A stretch of DNA of 64,000 bases from an uncultured Candidatus Rokubacteria bacterium (GTDB lineage Bacteria; Methylomirabilota; Methylomirabilia; Rokubacteriales; CSP1-6), in NCBI GenBank assembly GCA_963754315.1, contig CAVWFS010000011.1, positions 209,857 to 273,856 on the forward strand, in the 5' to 3' direction. Below are positions 10,806-20,421 of this stretch, one piece after another. Under the pieces are notes generated by a model that saw only the letters and a program-made list of their open reading frames with translations, was not told the origin of the DNA and ran no database searches. The position numbers and the translations under genes were made by a program. Position 1 is the stretch's first letter. Each line of letters begins with the position of its first letter.

Positions 10806-11465
10806 CATGTGGGCGCTCTCGTCGCGGAACACCCAGCTCGTGCCGGCGGCCAACCCGTGCAAGAGGCCGCGGGAGCGCAAGAAGTAGACGTAGGCAAAGG
10901 CGCCGAAAAAGAATAGCCCCTCGACGCACGTGGCGAAGCAGATCAGGTTGAGCAGGAACTGGCGCCGCTGCGCTCGCGTGTCGAGCCGCTCGAGGGCCTG
11001 AATGGAGTTCAGCCAGCGCAGGCAGAAGTCGGCCTTCCGGCGAATGGAGGGAATGTTCTCCACGGCCGCGAATGCGCGGTGACGTTCCTCGGGGTCGGCA
11101 ACGTACGTGTCGAGGAGAGTCAAGTAGAACTGCACGTGGAGCGCCTCCTCGTAGAGCTGGCGCGACAGGTACATGCGCGCCTCGGGGGCGTTGAGGTGCC
11201 GGTAGAGATTAAGGACCAGATTGTTGGCCACGATGGAGTCGCCGGTCGCGAAGAAGGCCACCAGCCGCTGGACGAGGTGGCGCTCGGCGTCCGACATCTT
11301 GGCCTGCAGATCGCCCACGTCTGTGGCGAAATCGACCTCTTCCACGGTCCACGTGTTCTTGATGGCGGCCCTATACATCTCGAAGAAGGCGGGATAGGCC
11401 ATGGGCCGCAGCGTCAGGCACAGGCCTGGGTCGAGCAAGCGGGCGGGCCGGGCGACGTGGCTCAC
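10800..11465 (-). pseudogene. nrdB: Class I ribonucleotide reductase beta subunit, C-terminally truncated
   Basis: WTVEEVDF, FFATGD, EEALH, VEGLFF, RDESAH; breaks into the metE fragment right after the second ExxH. Confidence 0.9.
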
Positions 11466-11731
11466 TGGCAGGCCTCGCAGGACTCGGGATTCTCGAGCGA
11501 GCAGGCGACGGCGGCCGCGTCCGGCGTCAGCACCGGCGCCGTGGGTGCCGAGGCCTCTACTGTGGCTTTGGAGATCCGTGTGGCTGGTCGCGAGCGCAGG
11601 TAGTACGTGGTCTTGAGTCGCTTCTTCCAGGCGTAGAAGTACATGCTCGAGAGCTGGCCGATAGTGGGATTCTCGACGAAAAGGTTCAGCGACTGGCTTT
11701 GGTCAATGAAGGCACCCCGATCGGCTGCCAC
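11462..11731 (-). pseudogene. nrdA: Class I ribonucleotide reductase alpha subunit, C-terminal fragment
   Basis: FIDQSQSLNL, KTTYYLR, C-terminal CEACQ. Confidence 0.9.
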
Positions 11732-11873
11732 ACGACGCTGGCGGAGTTCGTCCTCTTCACGCTCGGCAGTGTCCCCAAGCCAGGGGCCATGCGTGGACCG
11801 TGGCCGACATAAACGGGCCGCGCATCGAGAGGTCTAAGTCTTGCTCGGAAAGGCCTCCTGACCCATTGACCAC

Positions 11874-11909
11874 TTGACAGTATTGCTACATAAGAGTAGA
11901 AACCATTAC
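11874..11909 (+). promoter_or_regulatory. sigma70 promoter and putative ChrB operator
   Basis: TTGACA (11874), 17-nt spacer, TAGAAA; imperfect palindromes GTATTGCTAC and GTAGAAACCATTAC directly before the ATG. Confidence 0.6.
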
Positions 11910-12872
11910 ATGACAGGGGGTAGCCCCAACTGGCTGGAGCTGGTCATCAGCCTTCCCACGGAGAACGCCACGGAGCGGATGCGCGTGTGGCGGGCCCTGA
12001 AAACGACGGGGGCCGTGGTGCTCCGCGACGGCGTCTACGTGATTCCGGACCGCCCCAACCTGGAAGAGGTTCTGGCGCGACTGGCCGCCGAGATCGACGC
12101 AGCCGGCGGCAGCGCCCACGTGCTCCGGATCGTGGCGCGCGATGCGGAGCAGGCAGACGCGCTGCGCGGCTTGTTCGATCGGACCAAGGAATACGCCGAC
12201 CTTGCCGGTGAGATCGCGAACGCCCGCAAGGTTGCATCGACGCAGGACCCGGCCGCTCTTCGCCGGCAGATGAGGACGCTTCGGCGACAGTTCGAGGCGC
12301 TCGCCGCCATCGACTTTTTCCCCGGCGAAGCCAAGGTTCAGGTGGAATCGGCGCTCAACGAGGCCGAGGCGGCTGCGGAGGAGATCCTGGAACCCGGCGA
12401 GCCCCGCGCCGCGCAGGGCCCGATTCCACGGCTGGACCGGGCCCGGTACCGCAACCGCGTGTGGGCGACGCGCAGGGCCCCGTGGGTGGACCGCCTCGCT
12501 TGCGCCTGGCTCATCAAGCGGCACATCGACCCTGGGGCGTCGTTCGTCTGGCTCGAGAAGCCGGCGGACCTGCCGAAGCGGGCAGTGGGGTTCGACTTCG
12601 ACGGGGCCCCGTTCACGCACGTCGATACGCGCGTGACCTTCGAGGTGATGCTGAGGAGTTTCGGGCTGGAGGGGGACGCGGCCCTCCTGAAACTGGCCGA
12701 GGCGGTGCACTATCTCGACGTGGGTGGACTCCCGGTGAGCGACGCCCCGGGCCTGGGGACGCTGCTGGCTGGCGCTCGGCAGCGGAGCCGAGACGACGAC
12801 CACCTCCTCAAGCAAGCCATCACTCTCTTCGATCTGGTCTATACGGCGTACGCCGAGGGCGAGTCCCGATGA
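11910..12872 (+). CDS. chrB: Chromate-responsive regulator ChrB
   Basis: RMRVWRALK..LRDGVY N-domain; WATR..WVDRLACAWLIKR, GFDFDGA.FTH, TFE C-domain. Confidence 0.9.
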   Translation: MTGGSPNWLELVISLPTENATERMRVWRALKTTGAVVLRDGVYVIPDRPNLEEVLARLAAEIDAAGGSAHVLRIVARDAEQADALRGLFDRTKEYADLAGEIANARKVASTQDPAALRRQMRTLRRQFEALAAIDFFPGEAKVQVESALNEAEAAAEEILEPGEPRAAQGPIPRLDRARYRNRVWATRRAPWVDRLACAWLIKRHIDPGASFVWLEKPADLPKRAVGFDFDGAPFTHVDTRVTFEVMLRSFGLEGDAALLKLAEAVHYLDVGGLPVSDAPGLGTLLAGARQRSRDDDHLLKQAITLFDLVYTAYAEGESR

Positions 12873-12889
12873 TGCTGCGGGAGGCATCG

Positions 12890-14014
12890 ATGAAGACACC
12901 GGGGCGTCCGAGCACCGCCGATCTGCTGCGCTATTTCCTGTACCTGGGCAGCCTTGGGTTCGGCGGCCCGGTGGCCCTGGTGGGCTACATGCAGCGCGAT
13001 CTGGTGGAGCGGCGCGGGTGGTTCACCAAGGACGAGTACACGAAGTCCCTCGCCCTGTCCCAGCTCGCCCCTGGCCCGCTGGCGGCCCAGCTCGCGATCT
13101 GCCTCGGATACGTGCACTCGAAGGTGCGGGGCGCGACCTTGGTCGCGCTGGCCTTTATCTTGCCATCGTTCGTGATGACCCTCGCCATCAGCTGGCTCTA
13201 CGTGCGCTTCGGCGGGCTGGCCTGGATGCAGGCGGCGTTCTACGGCGTCGGGGCGACGGTCATTGGCATCATCACCATCGCCGCCTACAAGCTCGCCAAG
13301 CTGACGATGGCGAAGGACCGCCTGCAGTGGACGATCTTCGCCGTCATGGCGGTGACGACGGCGTGGACCGAATCGGAGATCGGCTGGCTGTTCATCCTGT
13401 GCGGGGTGGTGGCCCTGGTCGCGCAGGCGCCGCCGGCGTTCCTGCGTCGGCCCCGCGCGGCATGCCTGGCGGTGGTTGTCACCCCCGAGATCCTCGGCCA
13501 GATCCTGTGGTTTTTCACGAAGGCGGGGGCCTTCGTGTTCGGGAGCGGGCTGGCCATCGTGCCCTTTCTCTACGGCGGGGTGGTGCAGCAGTACGGCTGG
13601 CTGAACGACAAGCAGTTTCTGGACGCGGTGGCGGTGGCCATGCTGACCCCGGGGCCGATTGTCATCACCGTGGCCTTCGTCGGCTACCTGGTGGCGAGCT
13701 TCCCGGGGGCGGTGGCGGCGGCGATCGGCGTGTTCCTGCCCGTGTATCTGTTTGTCGTGATTCCGTTTCCGTGGTTTGACCGATTCAGCGAGAACCCGAA
13801 GGTGAAGGCCTTCGTGGGCGGCGTCACCGCCGCCGCCTCGGGAGCCATCGCGGGGGCGTGCTACGTGCTGGCGCGACGGGCGATCACCGACCTCCCCACC
13901 GTGCTCATCGCCGTGGTCGCCCTCGGGATCGTGTGGCGGTTCAAAGTGCCGGAGCCGGTGCTCATCGCCGCCGGCGCCGCCGTGGGCCTGTTGATCTTCT
14001 CGATCAGAGGATAG
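12890..14014 (+). CDS. chrA: Chromate efflux transporter
   Basis: LGFGGP, QLAPGP, FVFGSG, TPGP duplicated CHR motifs. Confidence 0.92.
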   Translation: MKTPGRPSTADLLRYFLYLGSLGFGGPVALVGYMQRDLVERRGWFTKDEYTKSLALSQLAPGPLAAQLAICLGYVHSKVRGATLVALAFILPSFVMTLAISWLYVRFGGLAWMQAAFYGVGATVIGIITIAAYKLAKLTMAKDRLQWTIFAVMAVTTAWTESEIGWLFILCGVVALVAQAPPAFLRRPRAACLAVVVTPEILGQILWFFTKAGAFVFGSGLAIVPFLYGGVVQQYGWLNDKQFLDAVAVAMLTPGPIVITVAFVGYLVASFPGAVAAAIGVFLPVYLFVVIPFPWFDRFSENPKVKAFVGGVTAAASGAIAGACYVLARRAITDLPTVLIAVVALGIVWRFKVPEPVLIAAGAAVGLLIFSIRG

Positions 14015-14025
14015 GAGGAAAACGT

Positions 14026-14451
14026 ATGAAGTGGGTCACTCGTGAGCGAGCCCGTGTCGATCGCATCGCCTGCCCCTGGCTGATCACACGCTTCATCGAC
14101 ACGGATCCGACGTTCCTGTTCGTCCCGGCTCCGCAAGTGATGGCGGTGGCCGAGCGGGAAGGGGCCACCCCGTATGACGTCCCTAGCGTCCGGCTCGGAC
14201 ATCACGGCGAGCGCTGCTCGTTCGACGCGTTCCTGGATGAATACAAGCTGGACGATCCGGCGCTCCAGGCCCTGGCGCCCATCGTGAGGGGAGCCGATAC
14301 GGACGCCCGCACCCTCACACCGGAGTCGGCCGGCCTGTACGCGGCGGCGACAGGATTTCAGGCGATCACAAGGGACGATTTCGACAACATGGCCCGGCAA
14401 TTTCCGATGTACGACGCGCTGTACGCCTACTGCCGCTCGGTCGTGCGGTAG
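14026..14451 (+). CDS. chrF: ChrB C-terminal-domain protein (ChrF-like)
   Basis: GGAGG RBS; MKWVTRERARVDRIACPWLI, HHGERCSFDAF, VRGADT, YDALYAYC. Confidence 0.8.
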   Translation: MKWVTRERARVDRIACPWLITRFIDTDPTFLFVPAPQVMAVAEREGATPYDVPSVRLGHHGERCSFDAFLDEYKLDDPALQALAPIVRGADTDARTLTPESAGLYAAATGFQAITRDDFDNMARQFPMYDALYAYCRSVVR

Positions 14452-14469
14452 ACGGGAGGTCGGTTCGCC

Positions 14470-14670
14470 ATGCTCGACTTGCTCGGCTATGTCGATCTCC
14501 CCGCGCATGCCAAGGCCGGCGGCACGCTGGCCCCGGGTGTCCCCATCGAGCGTTGGGACGACGTGCCGGCGGTGAGCGAGAACTACCGCGCGGCGCGCGA
14601 GGTCATCGTGTCCCGGCTCCCGGCACTCCTGCAGACGGCGCACCCGCCCGCCGCACTCCCGCGGGGATAG
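14470..14670 (+). pseudogene. Chimeric remnant ending in an arsenate-reductase/LMW-phosphatase-like C-terminus
   Basis: ERWDDVPAVSENYRAAREVI resembles that fold's C-terminus; the N-terminal part looks unrelated. Confidence 0.45.
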
Positions 14671-14698
14671 GGAGCCGTGGGGTGGATAGGGAGCCGTG

Positions 14699-15258
14699 AT
14701 GAAAGACTCCGCGTCGCGTCACCCGCTCGTCGAGATTGGAGCGTCGTTCCTCACGATCGGGGCCCTGAGCTATGGCGGCCCCGCCATTATGGGCATCATG
14801 CAGGCCGAGATCCAGGAGAAGCGCCAGTGGGTCTCCAAAGAGCGCTTCGTGGAAGGGCTTGCTCTGGTCAACGCTCTGCCGGGGCCGGGTGCGGCGCAGC
14901 TGGCTCTCTTCCTTGGTCACGCGCGGGGCGGTGCCTGGGGAGCCATCGCAGCTGGTCTCGGCTTCATCCTCCCCGCCTTCATCATCAGATCCCCGTCATG
15001 AATCGCGTGAAACGGGCCACGTGGGTCAGGGCCTTCATGCGGGGCGTGGGCCCGGCCGTGATCGGGGCCCTGGCGGCGTCGATGGCCGCCCTCCTTCCGC
15101 ACGCGGCGCCCGATCCGTTTGCGCTGGTGCTCTTTGTGGCCGTCGTCGTCGTGCTCTTCCTGTGGCGCGTGAGACCCCTCCCACTGATGATCGCGGGTGG
15201 GGCGGTCGGCATCGCGCGGCGCGCCCTGCGGTTCGGCGACACCTACCTGGTCCGATAG
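14699..15258 (+). pseudogene. chrA: Second chromate transporter with internal deletion
   Basis: N-terminal ALSYGGP..NALPGP joined out of frame near 14990 to C-terminal WVRAFMRGVGPAVIG. Confidence 0.8.
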
Positions 15259-15275
15259 GGGAGGGAGAGTTTCTG

Positions 15276-15956
15276 ATGGCGTCCTCCAGGGTGTCACGGC
15301 GAGGTGCCTTGAAAGCGGCGCTGGCGGGATGGGCCGGTTACACCCTTGGCGGGTCCCGGCCCTCCTGGGCAGCGTCATCGGAGATCACAGTGCCTAACAG
15401 TCTTCCAACAGAGCGTGTCGACTTCGAGATGACTGGTATAGAAGCATGGACGCACGTGACCGGGGAGTGGGCACTCGAAGAGATGGACGGGGCGCCCAGC
15501 GGCAAGCGCGTGCTCGTGCAACGGGCGACCAGAAACCCCTACAACGTGATCGTGGCGCCGTTCGGGCCGTACACGGACGTCGACGTATCAATGAACTTCA
15601 AGCCGATCTCGGGCCGCGAGGATGCCTCCGGGGGGATCGTGTTCCGATTCGCCGATGGCAAGTACTACGTCGTTCGCGCCAATGCCCTCGAGGACAACTT
15701 CCGTCTTTATTACTACGACCGCGACCGCCGTCAGCTGGCGACCGCGAGCGTCAAGGCGCCGGCCCTCGGAAGGTGGCACACCGTCCGCGTGGCCGCGGTG
15801 GGTGACCACATTCAGGCCTGGCTCAACGGCACTCGCTACCTTGATCAGCGCGATTCGCGGTTCCGGTCGGGTCGGGTGGGGCTGTGGACGAAGGCCGATT
15901 CGATCACCGCCTTCGATGACGTCACCGTACGCGGGGTGGCAGGAGGTGCTTCATGA
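15276..15956 (+). CDS. Tat-exported ConA/DUF1080-like beta-sandwich protein
   Basis: SRRGALK twin-arginine signal; SGGIVFR, YYVVRANALE, WHTVRV, GRVGLWTKAD, FDD. Confidence 0.7.
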   Translation: MASSRVSRRGALKAALAGWAGYTLGGSRPSWAASSEITVPNSLPTERVDFEMTGIEAWTHVTGEWALEEMDGAPSGKRVLVQRATRNPYNVIVAPFGPYTDVDVSMNFKPISGREDASGGIVFRFADGKYYVVRANALEDNFRLYYYDRDRRQLATASVKAPALGRWHTVRVAAVGDHIQAWLNGTRYLDQRDSRFRSGRVGLWTKADSITAFDDVTVRGVAGGAS

Positions 15957-16060
15957 AAAGGTTCACCGTGCTGAGGATCGTCGGGATCGCGCTGATGGTC
16001 GGCACGACCGCGCTTGCACATGCCGCGGATCCGGACTGGCAGACCAACAGCCAGAAGTAG
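15953..16060 (+). pseudogene. Truncated secreted protein (35 aa)
   Basis: GGAGG RBS, ATGA overlap, signal peptide ending AHA-ADPDW, then an early TAG. Confidence 0.45.
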
Positions 16061-16097
16061 GCGCGGGACGCGCGGCGCGGGCGGCCACGACGGGGTG

Positions 16098-17963
16098 ATG
16101 AGATCCAGCTTTCTCTGGAAGATGCGGCCGTACTTCCGGCAGGTGGCGGGCCAACTCGCGCTCGGCTCGCTGGCCGGTATCGTGATGAACACGGCGGTCG
16201 TCCTCCCGGCGATCTTGCTAGGGCGAGCCATCGATTCGGTATTGAACTTCGAGCGGGGGCAGGCGACCAGCGCTGACGTAGGGTGGGCGGCCCTCGCCTT
16301 CCTGGGTGGCACTCTCTTGACCGAAGTGCCCCGCATGAGCAAACGGTGGTGGCTCATGACCGCCAATGCCCGCATCCGCGCCAACGTGCGAGCGGACGCC
16401 TTCCGGGGTGTGCTGGCGTGGTCCATGACCGATGTCCAGCGCACCCCGGTAGGACACCTCATGGCGCGCATCGTTGGGGATGTGGAGGTGCTGGGGGTCG
16501 GGGTACGCGAGTTCACCATCGAGATGTGGGACACCGTGCTCTTTTCGCTGTCCTTCATCGTGGCAATGCTGGTGATCGATACGAGGCTGACCCTCCTGTC
16601 CCTTGTCCCCGTGCCGCTGGCCATGCTCCTCGCCCACGCCACCGGACGCTGGGTGGCGGGCCGTACTACCCGGGTTCGCGAGGCGAACGCCGACCTAACG
16701 GCGGCCCTCCAGGAGTACCTGAGCGGCGTCCGGGTGCTGCGCCTGTTCGGACGATCACCGGCGACGGTCCAGCGGGTGGCCGATCTCTCCCAGCGGCTGG
16801 CCCGGCGCAGTGTTCAGCTCGTCCGTCTCAAGGGAGGACTGCAACCCCTCTACGCCACGATCATGACGAGCGGGGTCGTCCTCATCGTGTGGCAGGGCAG
16901 CGATCGGGTGATCGCGGGGGCGATGACGGTGGGCGCCTTCGTCGCGTACCTCGAGCTCTTTCTCCGGTTCGTCAACCGCGGTCATCGCATCCCTCAGCTG
17001 GTCAATTCACTCCAGAGCGGCGCCGCCGCCTACGCTCGTCTGCGACCGCTACTCGCTCCGGCGCTACCGGTCGCGGGCGAACCTCGTCGGGCTTCCTTCC
17101 GGGCCGGACACCTGGCGGGCATCGCTCGGCGAACCGCGGCTGCGGCCGGTTGCACTGCTGGACCCGTTTCGCTATCAATGTGCAACGTCACGGTTCACTA
17201 TCCCGGAGCCGAGAGACCGGCTCTGTGCGGGCTGAGCCTCGACATTCCAGCCGGCGCGCTGGTGGCCGTGACTGGGCCGGTGGGATCTGGGAAGAGCGCC
17301 CTAGCTCGCGCGATGCTCGGCGTGCATGCGCTGACGTCGGGAACGGTCCTCGTCGACGGCCACCCGCTCGCCGACGTCCTATCCACCACGCGCCACGGAC
17401 TTGTCGGCTACTTGCCCCAGGACACGCGCCTGTTTTCTGGCTCGTTGCGGCAGAATATCGCCCTTGACCCGTCAGGCCTTCGCGGGGATGACGGCGCCCC
17501 CCTGCGGGCGATGCGCCTGGCCGCCCTCGAGGAGGACGTCGCGGGGTTCCCGTACGGACTCGACACCGAGGTTGGGGACTCGGGCATCCGCCTCTCCGGC
17601 GGCCAGCGCCAGCGCGTAGGGCTAGCCCGGGCCCTGGCGGCCCGCGGGCTGAACTCTCCGGCGCTCCTCGTTCTCGACGATCCCTTTTCCGCTCTGGATG
17701 TCAGCACCGAAGCGGCCATCGTCGCCTCGCTCCGGGACGCGTTCGGCCCGGGCGCTCTGCCGGAGCAGCGGGCCACCATCGTGCTGTGCTCCCACCGCCT
17801 GGCCGGCTTCCCGTATGCCGACAGGGTGGTCGTCCTCGAGCACGGTATCGTGGTGGAAACGGGCACGCACGCCAGCCTCATCGCGGCCAATGGTCTCTAC
17901 GCCCGGATCTACCGGGCGCAGGCGATCGCCGAGTCCACGGCAGTGGCGCCGGCCCTTCGATGA
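16098..17963 (+). CDS. ABC exporter, TMD+NBD subunit
   Basis: TM helices; GPVGSGKS, LSGGQRQR, LVLDD, H-loop. Confidence 0.9.
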   Translation: MRSSFLWKMRPYFRQVAGQLALGSLAGIVMNTAVVLPAILLGRAIDSVLNFERGQATSADVGWAALAFLGGTLLTEVPRMSKRWWLMTANARIRANVRADAFRGVLAWSMTDVQRTPVGHLMARIVGDVEVLGVGVREFTIEMWDTVLFSLSFIVAMLVIDTRLTLLSLVPVPLAMLLAHATGRWVAGRTTRVREANADLTAALQEYLSGVRVLRLFGRSPATVQRVADLSQRLARRSVQLVRLKGGLQPLYATIMTSGVVLIVWQGSDRVIAGAMTVGAFVAYLELFLRFVNRGHRIPQLVNSLQSGAAAYARLRPLLAPALPVAGEPRRASFRAGHLAGIARRTAAAAGCTAGPVSLSMCNVTVHYPGAERPALCGLSLDIPAGALVAVTGPVGSGKSALARAMLGVHALTSGTVLVDGHPLADVLSTTRHGLVGYLPQDTRLFSGSLRQNIALDPSGLRGDDGAPLRAMRLAALEEDVAGFPYGLDTEVGDSGIRLSGGQRQRVGLARALAARGLNSPALLVLDDPFSALDVSTEAAIVASLRDAFGPGALPEQRATIVLCSHRLAGFPYADRVVVLEHGIVVETGTHASLIAANGLYARIYRAQAIAESTAVAPALR

Positions 17964-19796
17964 TCGGGCTCGTGGCCGACGATCAGGGAAGCCCGCACAT
18001 CCGCACGCCGGTGGTGCGCAATCTGCTGAGTCTGCTGGCCCAGCAGCGGGTCCGCGCGACGTTGATCGGGTTCCTGGTTCTGGCCGCAGCCGCCTTCGAG
18101 CTCGCCCCGCCGCTCATCGTTCGCACGATCGTGGATCGCCATCTCACCGTCGGGAACGCCGAGGGCGTGCTCGCGCTCGCCCTGCTCTACTTGCTGGCCG
18201 TGGTCGCCATGCAGGCGGCGACCTTTCTGTACGGGTATCTTGCCGCCACCGGCGCCCAACGAATGCTCGAGCGACTTGCGCACCCGGCTCTTCGCGCATC
18301 TGCAACGCTTGCCGACCAGCTACTTCGATCGCACCCCCCTCGGCGACATGATCAGCCGCTGCACGGCCGACATCGACACCCTCGACACCGTCTTCACCTC
18401 GGGAGTGGCCGTGCTCCTGGCCAATCTGGTACGACTGAGCACCATCGTGGCGGCCATGGTCGCCCTCAGTCCGATGCTGAGCCTCGTGGCTGCTCTGATC
18501 ACCGCCCCCCTGGTTCTCGTCACGCATGTCCTGCAGCGGCGAGTGCGGGAGGCGGAACGTGAGAATCGGGCCGCGGTCGGGTTGATCAACACACGCTTGC
18601 AGGAAGACCTGCGAAGCATCGAAGTGATCCGCGTCTTTGGCCGTGAACCAGAGTTTGTGGCGGGGTTCCGGCGAGTGCTCAGCCGGGGTCTGGCCGCCTA
18701 CAACCGGGCAACGTTTTACGCGGCCCTGTACCCTCCCACGGTCGCGATTCTCTCCGCCCTCGCGGTGACGACCCTCCTGGGGCTCGGCACCCAGCCGGCC
18801 TTCGGCGCCACGAGTATCTCCCTGGGAACCCTGACGGCGTTCCTGCTGCTCCTGCAGCGTTTTTTCCAGCCCATCACGGCCCTTGGCGAAGAATGGCAGA
18901 CCGTGCAGGGCGCAATGGCAGGCGCGGAACGGATCTTCGGCACGCTGGCGCTGGCCGGGGACGACCCCGGCCAACGCGCGCCCGCGCACGCCGCCGCCGA
19001 AACGCCTGCGCGCGCCGCCGATCGCTCGTCGTGGCCGGTCGTGATGGATCGCGTCCAGTTCGGCTACGGGCCAGGGCAGCCCGTTCTGCGCGACCTGTCC
19101 TTGCAGGTGAGGCCCGGCGAACACGTCGCGCTGGTCGGCCGTACCGGCGCCGGCAAGACCACCGCCCTTCACCTGCTGGCGGGACTGTACCGACCGTGGG
19201 CTGGGACCGTCGTGGTGGGGGGGTGCGATCCCGTCGCGCTTGATGAGGCCGAGCGCAGCCGGGTCCTCGGCGTGGTTCCGCAGGTAGTCCAGCTGTTCTC
19301 CGGCACCGTGGTCGACAACCTCACCCTGGGCGACACGTCGGTGCCCGACGACGCTGTGATCGAAGCGGCCAGGATCGCGGGGGTGGACGCGTTCATTCGA
19401 ATGCTGCCAGACGGATACCGGACCATGCTCAGCGGGAGCGGAGGTGGCACGGGCGCACGCCTCTCGGCCGGGCAGGAACAACTACTGGCGCTTGCCCGCG
19501 CTCTGGTGCATCGCCCCACCGTGTTGCTTCTGGACGAGGCAACCGCGGCCGTCGACAACGCGAGCGACGCGGCGTTCCGGGCGGCCCTTCGAGAGCGGGT
19601 GCTCCCGCGAGGCTGCGCCGTAGTGACGGTGGCGCACAGGCTGACCACCGCCCTCGAAGCCGATCGCGTGATTGTCCTCGATAAGGGGCGAATCGTGGAG
19701 GAGGGTGCGCCAGCGGCGCTCGTCGCTAGTCAGGGGCGCTTCGCAGCGTTGCTGGATCTTGAGACGGCCGGTTGGGAGTGGCGCGATAGCGCGTAG
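17960..19796 (+). CDS. ABC exporter, second TMD+NBD subunit (frameshift near 18265)
   Basis: ATGA overlap; GRTGAGKT, LSAGQEQ, LLDEAT, AHRL; N-terminal about 100 aa in another frame. Confidence 0.85.
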
Positions 19797-19824
19797 CAAG
19801 GGTGGTTGTGGAGGCCACAAGACT

Positions 19825-20409
19825 ATGGATGCGATGGCGCTTCTCCGAATGCGATACTCGGCGTCGAGGCTCGGTGAGCCTCCGCCGTCAGCCCAGGCCA
19901 TCCAGGCGATGCTCGAGAGTGCCGCTCGGGTCCCGGATCACGGTCGGCTCCAACCCTGGCGGCTCATCCTCATCGAGGGGGATGCTCGCCTCGCCCTCGG
20001 CGAGGTTCTGGCTGAGGGATTGTCCCGCCGGAACCCGCTCGCGGGCGACGAGGCGCTTGGGCGAGAACGGGCCAAGGCGCTGCGCGCACCGCTCATCATC
20101 GTGGTCGCGACACGCTGCGACCGATCCGCGAAGATCCCCGTCATCGAGCAGATCGTGTCGGCCGGTGCGGCCGCTCACAGCATCATGCTCGCCGCCTTTG
20201 CCCAGGGACTCGGTGCCATGTGGAGAACCGGCGAGCCTGCCTACGACGAGATGGTGAAGAGTGCGTTGGGCGTCGAACCGGACGACGTCATTGTCGGCTT
20301 CATCTACGTAGGGACAGATGTAGGCAGCCCCCCGTCCCGCGCCGAGCGAACACCCGATGAGTTCACCCACTACTGGCCTGGCGGCTCTCCGAAGCCGCCA
20401 GTCGCCTAG
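19825..20409 (+). CDS. Nitroreductase (YdjA-like)
   Basis: RYS, VPDHGRLQPWR, RAPLII, AMWRTG, GFIYVG. Confidence 0.88.
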   Translation: MDAMALLRMRYSASRLGEPPPSAQAIQAMLESAARVPDHGRLQPWRLILIEGDARLALGEVLAEGLSRRNPLAGDEALGRERAKALRAPLIIVVATRCDRSAKIPVIEQIVSAGAAAHSIMLAAFAQGLGAMWRTGEPAYDEMVKSALGVEPDDVIVGFIYVGTDVGSPPSRAERTPDEFTHYWPGGSPKPPVA

Positions 20410-20421
20410 GATGGGCCGCCC

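Noticed and set aside
16098..19796. ABC pair as exporter of the GG-leader peptides
   Set aside because: Neither subunit has an N-terminal C39 peptidase domain; they look like a generic heterodimeric exporter.
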